A DNA stretch of 64,000 nucleotides from the human T2T-CHM13v2.0 reference genome, Homo sapiens (GCF_009914755.1 NC_060927.1), one strand, 5' to 3'. Shown: positions 25,941 through 38,918, counted from the stretch's first letter. Notes: generated by a model from the letters alone, not told the origin. Program-made: numbers and translations.

Positions 25941-26209
25941 CCTGAGCACTCTGGTTGGCTGCAGCTCTGAGTTTCTCTGGGACACAACGGACAGACCTAC
26001 CGTGATTGCCAAGGCCATTGTGCCCCCCTCTGTTGCCCCCAGGTTGGGAGGGAACAAAGAGCCTGAGCTCTTTTGCATGACTCCATCAGAGAGGAGGCCA
26101 GGCTGCTTTCCCTGTGAGCCCCTGCCCTACGTTGCTCTGTTACAAGGCCCACTGGTCGGGGCTCCCAGCATAGCTGCCCCACCCGGCCTGACCACTCTGG
26201 CACGTTGTG

Positions 26210-26211
<2 letters not shown>

Positions 26212-26247
<36 letters not shown>
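26212..26247. repeat. (GT)18 microsatellite in the L1 5'UTR
   Basis: Directly visible. Confidence 0.95.
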
Positions 26248-26250
<3 letters not shown>

Positions 26251-27236
26251 TTTTTGTTTTTGTGGTGGGGCTCCCAGAGGTAAGTGACAGGCCCTCTGCC
26301 ATTGCTGCTGCCGTGGTCCTTACCCCTGCTGCCCCCAGGCTGGAGAGGGAACAGAAAGCCTAAGTACTTTCGTGCCTCTAGCTTGCCGCAACTGCCCTGC
26401 AGACAGACAGCCAGACTGCTTTTCGCTTGACTCCGTGCCCCTTCCCAAACGGATCTTGGGGTCTTATGGCTTCCAGTGCACCCACCCAGCCCCGGCCTGA
26501 GCATTTCAATGGTGGCTCAAAGTACTTCCGAAAATCGTACCCCACAGGCCTGTGATTTCCGTTGGGCTCCTACCACCTAAGCAACTCTGCTTGCCCTCAC
26601 CTGAGAGTTCAGCCAGTGACCTGAGGCTGCCCCTCCCCATTACAGCCAGCACCTGAATCCTCGAAACCCAACTCCCCTAGACAGACCAATATCGAGTTCC
26701 AAAGTTGAATCAGTAATAAAAAACCTACCAACCAAAAAAAGACCTGGACCAGATGGATTCACACCCAAATTCTACCAAATATACAAAGAAGAGCTGGAGC
26801 AATACTACTAAAACTATTCCAAAAAAAATCAAGGAGGAGGGACTTCTCTCTAAGTTATTCTACAAAACCAGCATCATCCTGATACCAAAATCTGGCAAAG
26901 ACACAATGAAAAAAGAAAACTACAGGCACAAAATCAACAAAATACTGGCAAACTGAATCCAGCAGCACATCAAAAAGTTAATTCACCATAATAAAGTAAG
27001 CTTCATTCCTGGGGTACAAGGTTGATTCAACATAGGTGGATCAATAAATGTGATTCATCACATAAACAGAATTAAACACAAAAACCATATTATCATCTAA
27101 ATAGACACAGAAAAAGCTTCCAATAAAATCCAACATTCCCTTCATGACAAAAACCCTCAGCAAACTAGGCATTGAAGAAACATACCTCCAAATAATAAAA
27201 GCCATCTATGACAAACCTGGAGTCAACATCATACTT

Positions 27237-27274
27237 ATGAGATCAGGTGCATTCAGGGTGGTATGGCTGTAGAC
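27237..27274 (-). pseudogene. 5S rRNA 5' fragment (nt 1-38), tailless retropseudogene inside L1 ORF2
   Basis: Minus strand GTCTACAGCCATACCACCCTGAATGCACCTGATCTCAT versus 5S GTCTACGGCCATACCACCCTGAACGCGCCCGATCTCGT; all differences are at CpGs. The L1 target is duplicated: gagtcaacatcatact (27220-27235) and cagccagcaacctact (27275-27290). Confidence 0.92.
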
Positions 27275-27562
27275 CAGCCAGCAACCTACTAAATGGGCAA
27301 AAGCTGGAAGCATTCCCCTTAAGAAAAGGAAGAAACAAGTATGCCAGCTCTTATTCAACATCGTACTGCAAGTCCTAGCCGGCAAACTTAGGCAAAAGAA
27401 AGAAATAAAAAGCATACAAACAGAAAAAAAAGAAGTCAGATTATCTCTTTTCACAGACAATATGATTCTATGCTAGAAGACTACCAAAAGCTCCTAGAAC
27501 TGATAAATGACTTCAGTAAAGTTTTGGGATACAAAATAAGTGTACAAAAATCAGTAGCATTC

Positions 27563-27899
27563 TTTTTCCTTTTTATTTATTTATTGATGTTTTTAGAGAC
27601 AGGGTCTCACTAGGAGACAGAGTCTGAACTCTAGGATGGAGTGCAGTGGCATGATCATAGTTCATTCCAGCCTCGAACTCCTGGGCTTAAGCGATCTTCC
27701 TGCCTTAGCCTACTGAGTAGCTAGTACTACATGTGTGTGCCACCATGCCCAGCTAATTAAAAAAAAAAGTTTGTTTTTTCTTCAGAAACAGAGTCTTGCT
27801 GTGTTGCCCAGGCTAGTCTCAAACTCCTGGCCTTGAGTGATCCTCCCATTTCGGCTTCTTAAAATTCCGGGATTACAGACATGAGTCACCATGCCTAGC
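27563..27899 (-). mobile_element. Alu (AluJ) inside L1
   Basis: acagggtctcac, gatcatagttca..cagcctcgaactcctgggcttaagcgatc are J-type features. It interrupts L1 at tcagtagcattt|tatacacc. Confidence 0.93.
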
Positions 27900-29146
27900 A
27901 TTTTTATACACCAATAATGTTCAAGCTCAGAGTCAAATCAAGAATGCAGTCTCATTTACAATAACCACACATACAAAAATGAAATACCTAGGAACACAGC
28001 TAACTAAGGAGATGAAAGGAGAACTATAAAACACTACTGAGATAAATCATAGATGGCACAAATAAATGGAAAAACATGCCAGACTAATGGATTTGCAGAA
28101 TTAATATCATTAAAATGGTCATATTGCCCAAAGCAATCTACAGATTCAACACTATTCCTATCAAACTACCAATGTCATTTTTCACAGCATTGGAAAAAAT
28201 ATTCTAAAATTCATATGAAACCAAGCAAGAGCCCATATAGCCAAAGTAATCCCTAAGCAAAAAGAACAAAGCTGGAGGCATCACATTACCTGACTTCAGA
28301 CTATACCATAAGGCTACAGTAAGCAAAACAGCATAGTACTGGTACAAAAACACACACAGAGACCTACAGAACAGAACAGAGAATCCAGAAATAAAGCTGC
28401 ACCCCTAACATCATCTGATCTTTGACAAAGTTAACAAAAATAAGGAATGGGGAAAGGACTTCATATTCAATAAATGATGCTAGGACAGCTGGCTAGCCAT
28501 ATGCAGAAGAATGAAACTGGACCACTACCTTTCACCATACACAAAAATTAACTCAAGATGGATTAAAGATTTAAATATAAAACCTCAAACTATAAAAATC
28601 TTGGAAGAAAACCTAGGATATACCTACCATTCTAGACATTGGCCTTGGCAAAGAGTTTATGGCAGTGTCCTCAAAACATAATAATTGACAAGGAGGGCCT
28701 AATTAAACTAAAGAGCTTCTGCACAGCAAAATAAACCATCAACAGTGTAAACAGGCAACCTACAAAATGGGAGAAAATATTTCCCAATTAAGCATCTGAC
28801 AAGGTCTAATATCCAGAATTTATAAGGAACTTAAGCAAAAAACAAGCAAACCACAATAAAAAACCATTAAAAATTAGGCAAAGAACATGAACAGACACTT
28901 CTCAAAGGAAGACATACAAATGGCTAACAAATATAAAAAAATGCTCAACATAGCTAATAATCAGAGAGATGCAAATCAAAACCACAATGAGATGCCATTT
29001 CACATCAGTTGGAAAGGTTGTTACTAAAAAGTCAAAAAATAATAGATGCTTGTGAGGCTGCAGAGAAAAGAGAATGCTTATCCACTCTTGGTGGGAATGT
29101 AAATTAGTTCAGCCATTGTTGAAAGCAGTTTGGAGACTTCTCAAAG

Positions 29147-29808
29147 TGTTGCAGAATCAGGAGGACCAGAGAGAGACCTTGGGATGTATACAGGAGGATA
29201 TCTTTATTATTGAGTGCACTCAGACCCAGCAGACTTGACGTCCAAAGACTGGGCCCAGAACAAAGACAGCACTTGACTTTTATACACACTTTACAAAAGG
29301 GGGTGGGCTAGCTTGAAGCAAGCTTACAGTGGCCTGAAAGCAGGGATACAGAGGCGGGACAAAGACAGTTAATCAAATTGTAACAGGTTCATAACTCAGG
29401 ATTGCACATGACTGTTGCTATGCAACCCAGATGTCCATTATCTTGGTTTGCCTAGGCACGGGCTTATCCCATAACCTTCACTATGGCACCCAGGTAGCTG
29501 TAACTCAGGCCTGCTCAGAGGCTCATGACCTTCATTCTACTGCTTAAATAAAACAGAATACTTGAAGTCACTAGTTACAGAGAACAGGAATCTATAAACT
29601 CATTCCATAAAACAAAGGAAAATTTGTTTTTCTTCTCCCTAGGTTGAGGGAGTGCTGGGAGAGTCTCCAGAGCACATTAGATAGTATTATCAAGACTTTT
29701 CCTGGGTCTGGGCTGTGCCTGTTGCTGCCTCTGGGACAAGTCAGCCTAATACAGGAAAGTTTATTTCTCTTTCTTTTTAATTTTGTTTTTCTTTAATTTC
29801 CCGCCTCA
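29147..29808 (-). mobile_element. ERV1 solo LTR, 662 bp (HERV-ERI group, LTR15/LTR4-like; subfamily uncertain)
   Basis: TG...CA termini (minus TGAGGCGGGAAATTAAAG...TGCAACA) and 4-bp TSD aaag at 29143-29146 and 29809-29812. It splits L1 at ctcaaag|aacttaaa. TATA box and AATAAA are in LTR order. Confidence 0.9.
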
Positions 29809-30531
29809 AAAGAACTTAAAACAGAGCCACCATTCAAGTCAGCAATCCCACTTCTTGGTGTATACCCAAAGGAAAACAAACCATTCCACCAAAAAGACAC
29901 ATACACTTGTATGTTCATTATAGCACTATCCACAATAGTAAAGACATGGACTTAACCTTGGTGTCCAACACCAGTGGACTGGATAAAGAAAATGTGGTAC
30001 ATATACATCATGGATTACTACACAGCCATATAAAGAATGAAACCATGTTCTTTACAGCAACATGGATGCTGCTGGAGGCCATTATCCTAAGTGTAAATTA
30101 ACATAGGAATAGAAAACCAAGTACTGCATGTTCTCACTTATAAGTAGGAGCTAAACTTTGGGTACTTATGGACATAAAGATGGAAACAATAAACATTGGG
30201 TACTGCTAAAGTGGGGAGAGAGGGAGGGGCGTAAGGGTGGATAAACTACCAACTGGGTACTATGCTCACTACCTGGGTAACAGGGCCATTTGCATCCCAA
30301 ACCTCAGTGTCATGTAATATACTCATGTAATAAACCCGCACATGTATCCCATGAATCTAAAATGAAAGTTGAAAATATTTTAAAAAGTAAATAAATTTAT
30401 TGGAATGCTCTGAAGTTATATTAATACTATCTCTTGAAGATTCAAAAAATCTGCAAAGTTGAACCTACATTCCCATAGAGCAACATTAGTTGGACTTGAG
30501 TGATGGCCACTCTCTTTGGAAGGGCCAGTGG

Positions 30532-30663
30532 TAGGGTGATGATATGGCCGGTGTGCTTGTGAAAGTCCTGGTTTGTACCTGTTTTCCTGGCGTAATTCTT
30601 AATAGTGTCCACTTTCACTATCACAGGTATCTAGTTTGAAAGATTAATTTTATGGTCACTTTA
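30532..30663 (+). mobile_element. MER94-like hAT-Blackjack MITE
   Basis: tagggtgatgatat...cctggcgtaattcttaatagtgtccactttcact...tatggtcacttta. Confidence 0.75.
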
Positions 30664-30827
30664 GTGAGTGGTCTCCAGCTCACTGTAGTTCGCAGAACAT
30701 ATTTTATCTTTTAATTGGTCTGATACACACATCATCTGCCTGGGCTTTATAAGCATTTGAATGTGTTATTCCTGTTTTTGTATCCCTTATCTAGCCCATG
30801 CATGTAGAAATACACAGAAAATTCTTT

Positions 30828-31155
<328 letters not shown>

Positions 31156-31635
31156 TGATGCATTAAAGAGACTTTGTTGCATTTTTTCTTTAGTTTTACC
31201 TTCTGTTAGCTGCTTCTTACACAATGTGGTTTTAAATAAAGACCCTGTGCAATGTTATATGGTTTTTTGCCTATGTATTTTCAATTTAGAAGTCATCATG
31301 CTATCCCATAATCTTCACTACTATGAGCACAGTTCTCATATTTATCTTTCAATCAGGGTTCTAAAAAGAATTTTATGTAATATCTTATTGATATAGCTGA
31401 ATGGTTATCAACCACATAGTACCACAGACTCAAAAACCTGCTAATTTAATTCACAACCCCCTAACTGGTGCTTGGCATATTTTAGACCTTGTGCTAGTCA
31501 TGGAGCACAAAGAGATAAAAGACACCATGATACCTGTATTGTCAAAAGTCATTAGCAGTCTTCACAAAACAGTCTTGGCTTTTCTTTGATTTTATGTCTT
31601 TGAATATTTTCTTCTCATGAAGGTAGTCCCAAATG

Positions 31636-31637
<2 letters not shown>

Positions 31638-31667
<30 letters not shown>
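31638..31667. repeat. (GT)15 microsatellite
   Basis: Directly visible. Confidence 0.95.
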
Positions 31668-31669
<2 letters not shown>

Positions 31670-32506
31670 GTATGAGTGCTGGAGGAGGAAAGGCAGATTT
31701 GAGTGATGACATTCATTCTATGTCAACACAGATTTTTTGTATGCATTGAAACAGAAAGATGTTAAAAAGCTTTGCAACTTTCTATTTCAGTTAAAGCTTC
31801 ACAAGGTGGCTTGTTCTTGGTAACGGGGGTTAGAGCTATCTTAACTTAATTTGTGGTCTGAAAATGTGATTTTATCAATTTAACCAGTGCCAGCCATCTC
31901 CGCAATGTGACTAGCATCCCTGCAGAGCCTAAACCATAATAAAATATCTCCATTTTTGTTCAATTTCTATAATTTATGTATTCTTACACTTTCTTCTGGT
32001 AGAATGTTACTGAAAGCATATTGACCTGTAAAATAAAAGAATCTGTCCATTGTAAACCTGATATCTTCCCTCCAACCACAGGGAGTAGCATTTCCTCCAG
32101 CCTCTCTTGTTGAGAGTTTGGGCTTTTTAAATGAGGCTGTTCTGGGAATCATTCTGGCCTATTTACTAGAAATCCCTTCATGGGTGATGATGGTTAGGCT
32201 CAGAAAACCTAAGACATTCTAATTTCCAGGGACTGGTTATATATACCTTTATCTTGGATAAGATATGGGCTGATGCATTTCCTTTGGAATTATGGTTTTA
32301 GGATCTCCTAAGTCACATAATAATGGCATTTTTTTCATATGTGGTAGGTGCCTCTCAATCCAAGAAACATGACTGCGTAGCATGCTACAGGAAATAACCT
32401 TGATGTGTTGTCTTTACCAATGAATTTTGACATAAAATACTTGTAAGAGGCCTGAATCAAACTACTCAAATCTCCAATAGATTGATTGATAAACATAAAT
32501 GCTGTA

Positions 32507-32800
32507 AGCCAGGTGCAGTGTCTCACATCTGCAATCCCAGCACTTTGTGAGGCCAATGCCAGGAATCACCCGAGGTCAGGAGTTTGAGACCAGCCTGGCC
32601 AACACGGTGAAACCCCATCTAGACTAAAAATACAAAAATTAGCTGGGTGTGGTGGTGTGTGCCTATAGACCCAGCTACTCAGGAGGCTGAGGGAGGAGAA
32701 TTGCTTGAACCTGAGAGGTGGAGGTTACAGTGAGCGCTGAGACTGTGCCACTGTACTCCAGCCTGGGCAGCAGAACAAGACTGTCTCAAAAAAAAAAAAA
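32507..32800 (+). mobile_element. Alu (AluS)
   Basis: agccaggtgcagtg...gtctcaaaaaaaaaaaaa, flanked by gctgta on both sides. Confidence 0.96.
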
Positions 32801-33277
32801 GCTGTATATATTGCTTTATATATGTTGATTTACATTAGAAATCTAGCTGCTAAGATACACTACGATATTTATGTTCACAGTTCATAGCATCCTTTCTCTT
32901 GGGGGGAATGACCTTATACTGTATATTGAAGGCTATAATTGCTAAAGAAACCAAGATGAAAAATACTTGTACCTGACAGTAATTGTATTGCATCTCTATA
33001 GAAACTGCACACCAGCATAACCAAGAATTACCAGGAATTTTCTCAAGAAGCATTATCAGGTCAGTCATCAAATGATATTAAGCAGATATGCCTATTTCAC
33101 TGCAGATATACCTAATTCAGTATACATGACAAGGGCAGTGGAATAGTCTGTGCCAATTTCACAGGGCAAATATTGACAAATTCCAAATTTTTAAGTTCTT
33201 GTTGTTTGTTTTGGGACCCACGAAAAATTTATGTCATTACTTTGGCTCCAACAGGCTTGATACAATTATGTTATAGC

Positions 33278-33462
33278 CAATGGTATGCTGGTAACCTGGC
33301 TCTCCTAAAAGTAAAAAAAAGCCTGGATTTGTAACATTTGCAATTTCAACAGTGTAGCTTCTCCCAGCATTGCTAATTTCTCCTACAGTTTAGCAACTAG
33401 CTCGCTCCGAATTCCTGAATATTTAACAATTTGATCTTTAGAGTCTGTATAAGCACACCACT
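33278..33462. mobile_element. MER63-like hAT MITE
   Basis: Ends ccaatggtatgctggtaa ... agcacaccacta, with internal ttcctgaatatttaacaat. Confidence 0.6.
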
Positions 33463-34050
33463 AGCATTCTTTTACTAGCTGAAATCTAGTTCTGAAATTG
33501 TGTCTAGCCTTCTATTGATCTTTCAATTGGATTCAAGATGTATCAATACACCACCTCTTAATGGAGGCTATTTTGCAGATGGCTGTTACCTGCTAATGCT
33601 GAACTTACTAGCTTCATTTGTAGCTAGTGACCTTTATTAAAACCTGTTTATTTAAATGTGAAACAGAAGGACACTTACTATCATCTCTTACATTCTCTCT
33701 CATTCATACTGCGAGGAAACATGTGTGGTCAGAAAGTGAGCCACAGAGACATTTCAGTGGAGTAAATAAAAAGTAGGAAGAAGTAATGTGTGAGTACCTT
33801 AGATAAAACACATTGCAGAAATAGTAGAGGGGGAAATATGCAAAAAAGAGAGTGATAAAGACCTTTTAAAAACTGTTCAAAGTGGATCTTCACACAGATA
33901 AAAAGATGTTGTGGCATTTTGGTTGTTTGACTGCAAAGTGAGAGCAATTGAGATGAACTCTGCTTTCCATATCTATTTAACTGAGTTCAGGCAACTCCTG
34001 GGAACATCTTACAAACATGGAATTCATGTAAACCTCACAATGTCAATTTT

Positions 34051-34332
<282 letters not shown>

Positions 34333-35258
34333 CACAGTGTCAATTTTATGAAGCCATTTTATTATACACTCAAACTCTTGCTTCCAATGTCAAAGATAGT
34401 ATTATTTAAAAATGTTCTAGACAGTAGTCACCTGCAACCTAGGCACCCCATCTCGATTCCTGCAGATTTATCCTTAGAAGTTGTGCTTGGAGTAAATCTA
34501 GAAACCAGCCACATTTTCCTGCTAGATTCCTGGGGCGGTAAAGTGGATGAGGAAGAAATAACAGGCACCTCTACATTAGGAAATAAGGAAAATTATTTGA
34601 GAGAGCTCATGGAACAGAAGAGGAGTCTTGTGAGCTAATCCAGGAAGGAAAAAAGCCTGGGTTGTCACAGGCAAGAAGGAATTCTGAGTGTAGCATTGAG
34701 GCTGTTGCACAACTCTTGCAATTCTTTGCCACAGTCTAAGTTCTGGGATGCAAATATTAGGGGAAGCTTCACTAGGTTTTTAAAAAATACATTGGAGTCC
34801 AAGAAAAAAATACTCTGGGACATCTCTAGCAAACTTGGTGTTATTTAACTGATGCCATCTGCTCCAGAAATGGGTTTCTAGGATCTTTTTCACGTGATTG
34901 GATTTCCTCTCCAGTGCTCAAGAGATAGTTATAGAAATGTGTCATTACAATGTGGACAAGAACATCCCCGAGAGCAAGAGGTCAAGCGCATTTCTATTAC
35001 TTTATGCAAGTTTTTCCATCATCATCAGTGACCTCATGGCTGGAAAGTTTGAATTTTGTTAAGAGCTATGAACATGGAATAGCTTTAATTAAAGAGAAAG
35101 ATAGTCAATAATTGCTGGTTTGACGTTGATAGACAATAATTTGGATAAAATCATATTCCATGAGAGAAATGGAGAGTTCTGTTATGCTATTACCAGAATT
35201 TGAGAATAAAATTAATTTGACTTGATATAAATCCTCACAAAAGTTAAAACAAACATAC

Positions 35259-35348
35259 CGGGCAGCCTCTGAATACCTCTCCAGACATCTAAACACTGTT
35301 GCTTGACGAAGATGATTCCGGAAATAGGCTGGGTTTAAAACAATGCTC
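35259..35348 (-). CDS. SPATA16: SPATA16 exon 4 (c.759-848, 90 bp, phase 2-2), part of the TPR region
   Basis: Minus strand reads ttgcatttcttttacctttttacag|G AGC ATT GTT...GAG GCT GCC CG|gtatgt. It translates to (R)SIVLNPAYFRNHLRQATVFRCLERYSEAA(R), matching human SPATA16 residues 253-283 as I recall them. The length and the terminal R283 agree with the known c.848G>A last-base-of-exon-4 variant. Confidence 0.96.
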
Positions 35349-35786
35349 CTGTAAAAAGGTAAAAGAAATGCAAATGTTATTTGGGTTTTAAAAGACAATT
35401 ACCACAAGTGCAATGGAATGAAATCACAGGCATTCAATTTTATATACTATGTGTTTTTAAAGATACTAGTGAAAGGAGCCCTTCCCCGCCCCCCGTAATT
35501 GGCAATTAAGACAAATAAACAAGCATTATTGAAAAACTAATTAAGTTTGCATTATCAAAGAAATTTTATTTATGGGACTGGATATTTTTACAGATATGAC
35601 AATGGCAAAGAATTTGAATTCAACTTATGTTACATATAAGACATGGTGCTATTTTATTTGTTTTTAAATGAATTTTTATTTCAATAAATCAGGGAAAAAG
35701 CAGGTTATTTATGGTATGTCTACTTTTAATGAAGAAAGAGATTGTTAGTTGCTGAATTTCAGTTAAAAAAAAAAAAAGGAACTGGA

Positions 35787-36081
35787 GGCTGGGTGCGGTG
35801 GCTCATGCCTGTAATCCCAGCACTTTGGGAGGCCGAAGTGGGTAGATCACCTGAGGTCATGAGTTCAAGAACAGCCTGGCCAACATGGTGAAACCCTGTC
35901 TCTACTAAAAAATACAAAAATTAGCCAGGCATGGTGGCAGGCGCCTGTAATCTCAGCTACTCGGGAGGCTGAAGCAGGAGAATTGCTTGAACCCGGGAGG
36001 CAGAGGTTGCAGTGAGATCGCGCCACTGCACTCCAGCCTGGGGGACAAGAGCGAGACTTCGTCTCAGAAAAAAAAAAAAAA
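35787..36081 (+). mobile_element. Alu (AluSq-like)
   Basis: Full Alu ending gacaagagcgagacttcgtctc plus an A tail. TSD aggaactgga. Confidence 0.97.
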
Positions 36082-37496
36082 GAGGAACTGGAATTTGGGT
36101 GACATGTTCATTTGAATTCCATAATTAGGTTCTGTGTTTTCTCCCAGCTGGGTGTAAGAGAAGACCTGTACTGTTGGTTAAGGGATCTAGTCTTGGTCTT
36201 GACCCTTTTGTTAAGGCCTTTCCTCACTTTGGACCTCTGTTTTTTCTTGACTGAAATGACAAGGCTTGACTTGTGGATAAGATGAACTAACTGTCCTTAC
36301 CTGCTGACTCTTCCATTATCTCACAGAGTTCTGGAATCTCAATCCAAACCTAGATGTGAAATGATCTCCCTAGCTGCCTTCTTCTCCTAGAGATAAAGGG
36401 GTAGACCTTTCTCTTCCTTGCTTCATTGAGAGCCTATTATGGGTAGGTATTGCTCAAGGTGTTTGATATAACAGGGTCAACTAGCTGGATGCAGTCCATG
36501 CCCTATCACCAAATGGGGACCCAGCCATTAGTGAAAGTTCGAAATGTAGCTTCTACTGTATTTATCAATGTGGGCTACAGAATGTTACAGAACCAACGCA
36601 TGATTATTAAGCAACATTTTGTGAGCCTATTTTTACAAGTTGATGGGAATCACTTGGAATTAGTTCATTATTAAAGTAAGTGGTTCTTAACCTTTTTTTG
36701 AGAGGTATACAGTGCTTTCGGGAACCAGATAAAAAGTCTGAACCTCTGTCCAGAAAAATGCACATAATCATAATTGCACAAATTTAGGAAACTTGTGTGA
36801 CCTCTCAGGGCTCTTCAGGTATTCCACATTAAAAACATGCAGACGAAAATAATTCAATTCCCAGAAACACTGCATATAAAAAGAATAAAGTAGAAAAAAA
36901 TCTGTCTGGCCTGTGGATAATCATAGAATCGTATGATGATGAGATGGATCGACTGTATAACTTAGCTCACTTCAAACACAAATCAGCAGAAAGTAGAGGA
37001 AGACGGAACTTTCTAAAATCATGCATAACTAGTTAAAGAGCTGTCTAAAGTTTTTTGGTTCTCCATGTCTAGCCACAGAGCATTGTATTATATCACACTG
37101 CCTTTCCTATGGTGATTTCTGAATTAGACGGGTCTGAGTTAATGAGGTTTTACTGTACTCTATGACAAGGATTTTTGCAAATGAATACATTAATCCCTCA
37201 AGAACACAGATCGTTTGCTTTGGTGTGTTTTGATTAAAATGTTGGAAATGTTAAAATGATCACATGGGTTCATTTAATATCAAGACAAAACTATAATACT
37301 AATATTTACCATGAATATTTTTTATTACTTCAGAAAAAGAGAATGTTTGAAAATCATGTTTATATATTTTGTCCCTATAGAAGCAATTTTGTAAAGGTAA
37401 GTCAGAGTAGCTGAGGGCAGAGCTTTGTCCAGGGACTGGGTTTTCTGATTCTGACAACTTTCTTCCACAGGATAGGTAATTCTTCCCTATTACTTT

Positions 37497-37547
<51 letters not shown>

Positions 37548-37574
37548 TTTCATCCACAAGTCTATGAGGTGTAC
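37497..37574 (-). mobile_element. Very short non-LTR retro-insertion: 24-nt unidentified body plus (AAAT)n tail
   Basis: Perfect 13-bp TSD tccctattacttt at 37484-37496 and 37575-37587. Tail (TTTA)n at 37497-37550, body at 37551-37574. Confidence 0.85.
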
Positions 37575-38913
37575 TCCCTATTACTTTATTCACTTATTCA
37601 CTCATGCATGTTTAGTTAGCATCTACAAATTTGATGGGACAAAATCCTTACTGAATGGATGTTTCCAGCCTTTGGCATCTTTTTGCCTATGATGTAATGT
37701 TTTTGCTTTGCCGAGCTATTCTCCAAGAATCTTGCTCTGTCAGACAAGTTCTTCTGACAAAAGTAGATTAGATTGGAGACAAGGATGAGGTGTGCTGGGA
37801 AGGAGGGGTAGTGAAGAAAGAGCTTATCAAAAGAGAGAGAGGAGAGAGAAGAGAAGGCATCAGAGTTGCTTTGGATGTAGGCAGAGAAGATTTTTGTGAG
37901 TAGTGAGGGCTGGTGAGGTTGACACTATCGGAACCATTACAGTGTGATTTATAAAAAGATAGGAATTAAAAAAAAATTACTTGTAATTATAATTCCTCTG
38001 TATGGTGTTGAAGAAATGCAAGTAGAGGACATGAGTTTAGAAATCACTATTGCTAGACGGACTAGGTTCTTTTAATCATAACACCACTCTGCCCTAAACC
38101 ATATGATTCCCGGCTTCATAAGAGGGACCGAAGGAAGACACAGACCCAGTCTCTACTCTGAAAGTGTAATTATAAAAGAATATTTGGTAATTTGAGATGA
38201 AATATTTTATTTGGCAATTTATTATTTTTGACTTTTATAATTATTGCAGCATTCACTGTGTGCTTATCTTACGCCCCTGTTAGATATTTGGCAAGGAAAT
38301 GCTAGTGGCAGTTGTAAAGCCTAGCTTTTATACTTTTATTAATTTATCGATGCTTTCTAAAATGACATACCCTTTTAAAGATATATTTTATGTCGTGTGC
38401 AACTTGTAGGGGAAATGATGATCTGTCTTTTGAAAAGTTCTTAATCATTTGTCATTTGATGCCATTTGGAAAGCTGCAGGAGGCAGCCTGTGACCAAAAT
38501 GGACAATCTCACTGCAGTTACAGTGAAAAAAAAAAAAACTACAATTGTAATCAGAGAGCAATCTCAGAGCTGATTGGTCTGATTTTATCACAGAGGAAAA
38601 AACTCTGATTTAGCTATGCTGATAGGGCTTTTGGTAAAAAACAAGAACCATGTTAGAGACTAGCTAAATGATAGACGTCATTGAATTTTTGTCAGAAGAA
38701 AAGGAGTTAGTAATGGGCAATGATTGCCTACTCCATTGATTCACCCCTTTCTAAAACAATGGGATCCTGTAAAATAATATATATTATAGTAAATGAAAGT
38801 TTATTTTTAAAACAAATTTGTTACCTGTGGTAAATCTTGTGCTTTTTATGATTTCTATTTGTGGATACTTTAAAATTTATCTTTTTTATTAAAGTTCACA
38901 TGATTTGATGCTT

Positions 38914-38918
<5 letters not shown>

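Larger units (their letters stand above)
24910..30385 (+). mobile_element. L1PA16-like LINE: 5'UTR joined to mid-ORF2 (ORF1/endonuclease missing), with 3' end and four nested insertions
   Basis: 5' caagatggcagactagaagcagctag. ORF2 DNA starts at about 26680 (acagaccaatatcgagttcc...ggaccagatggattcac). 3'UTR gacataaagatggaaacaata...gggtactatgctcactacctggg...gaatctaaaatgaaagttgaaa is typical of L1PA16/17. Confidence 0.88.

Noticed and set aside
24921-26504. Cluster of 100-160 aa ORFs in GC-richer DNA
   Set aside because: All lie in the L1 5'UTR, the MER51 LTR or the (GT)n repeat, where stop codons are scarce by composition.
35105-35398. 97-aa ORF as a complete gene
   Set aside because: Only 35259-35348 is exonic; the rest is open intronic flank.
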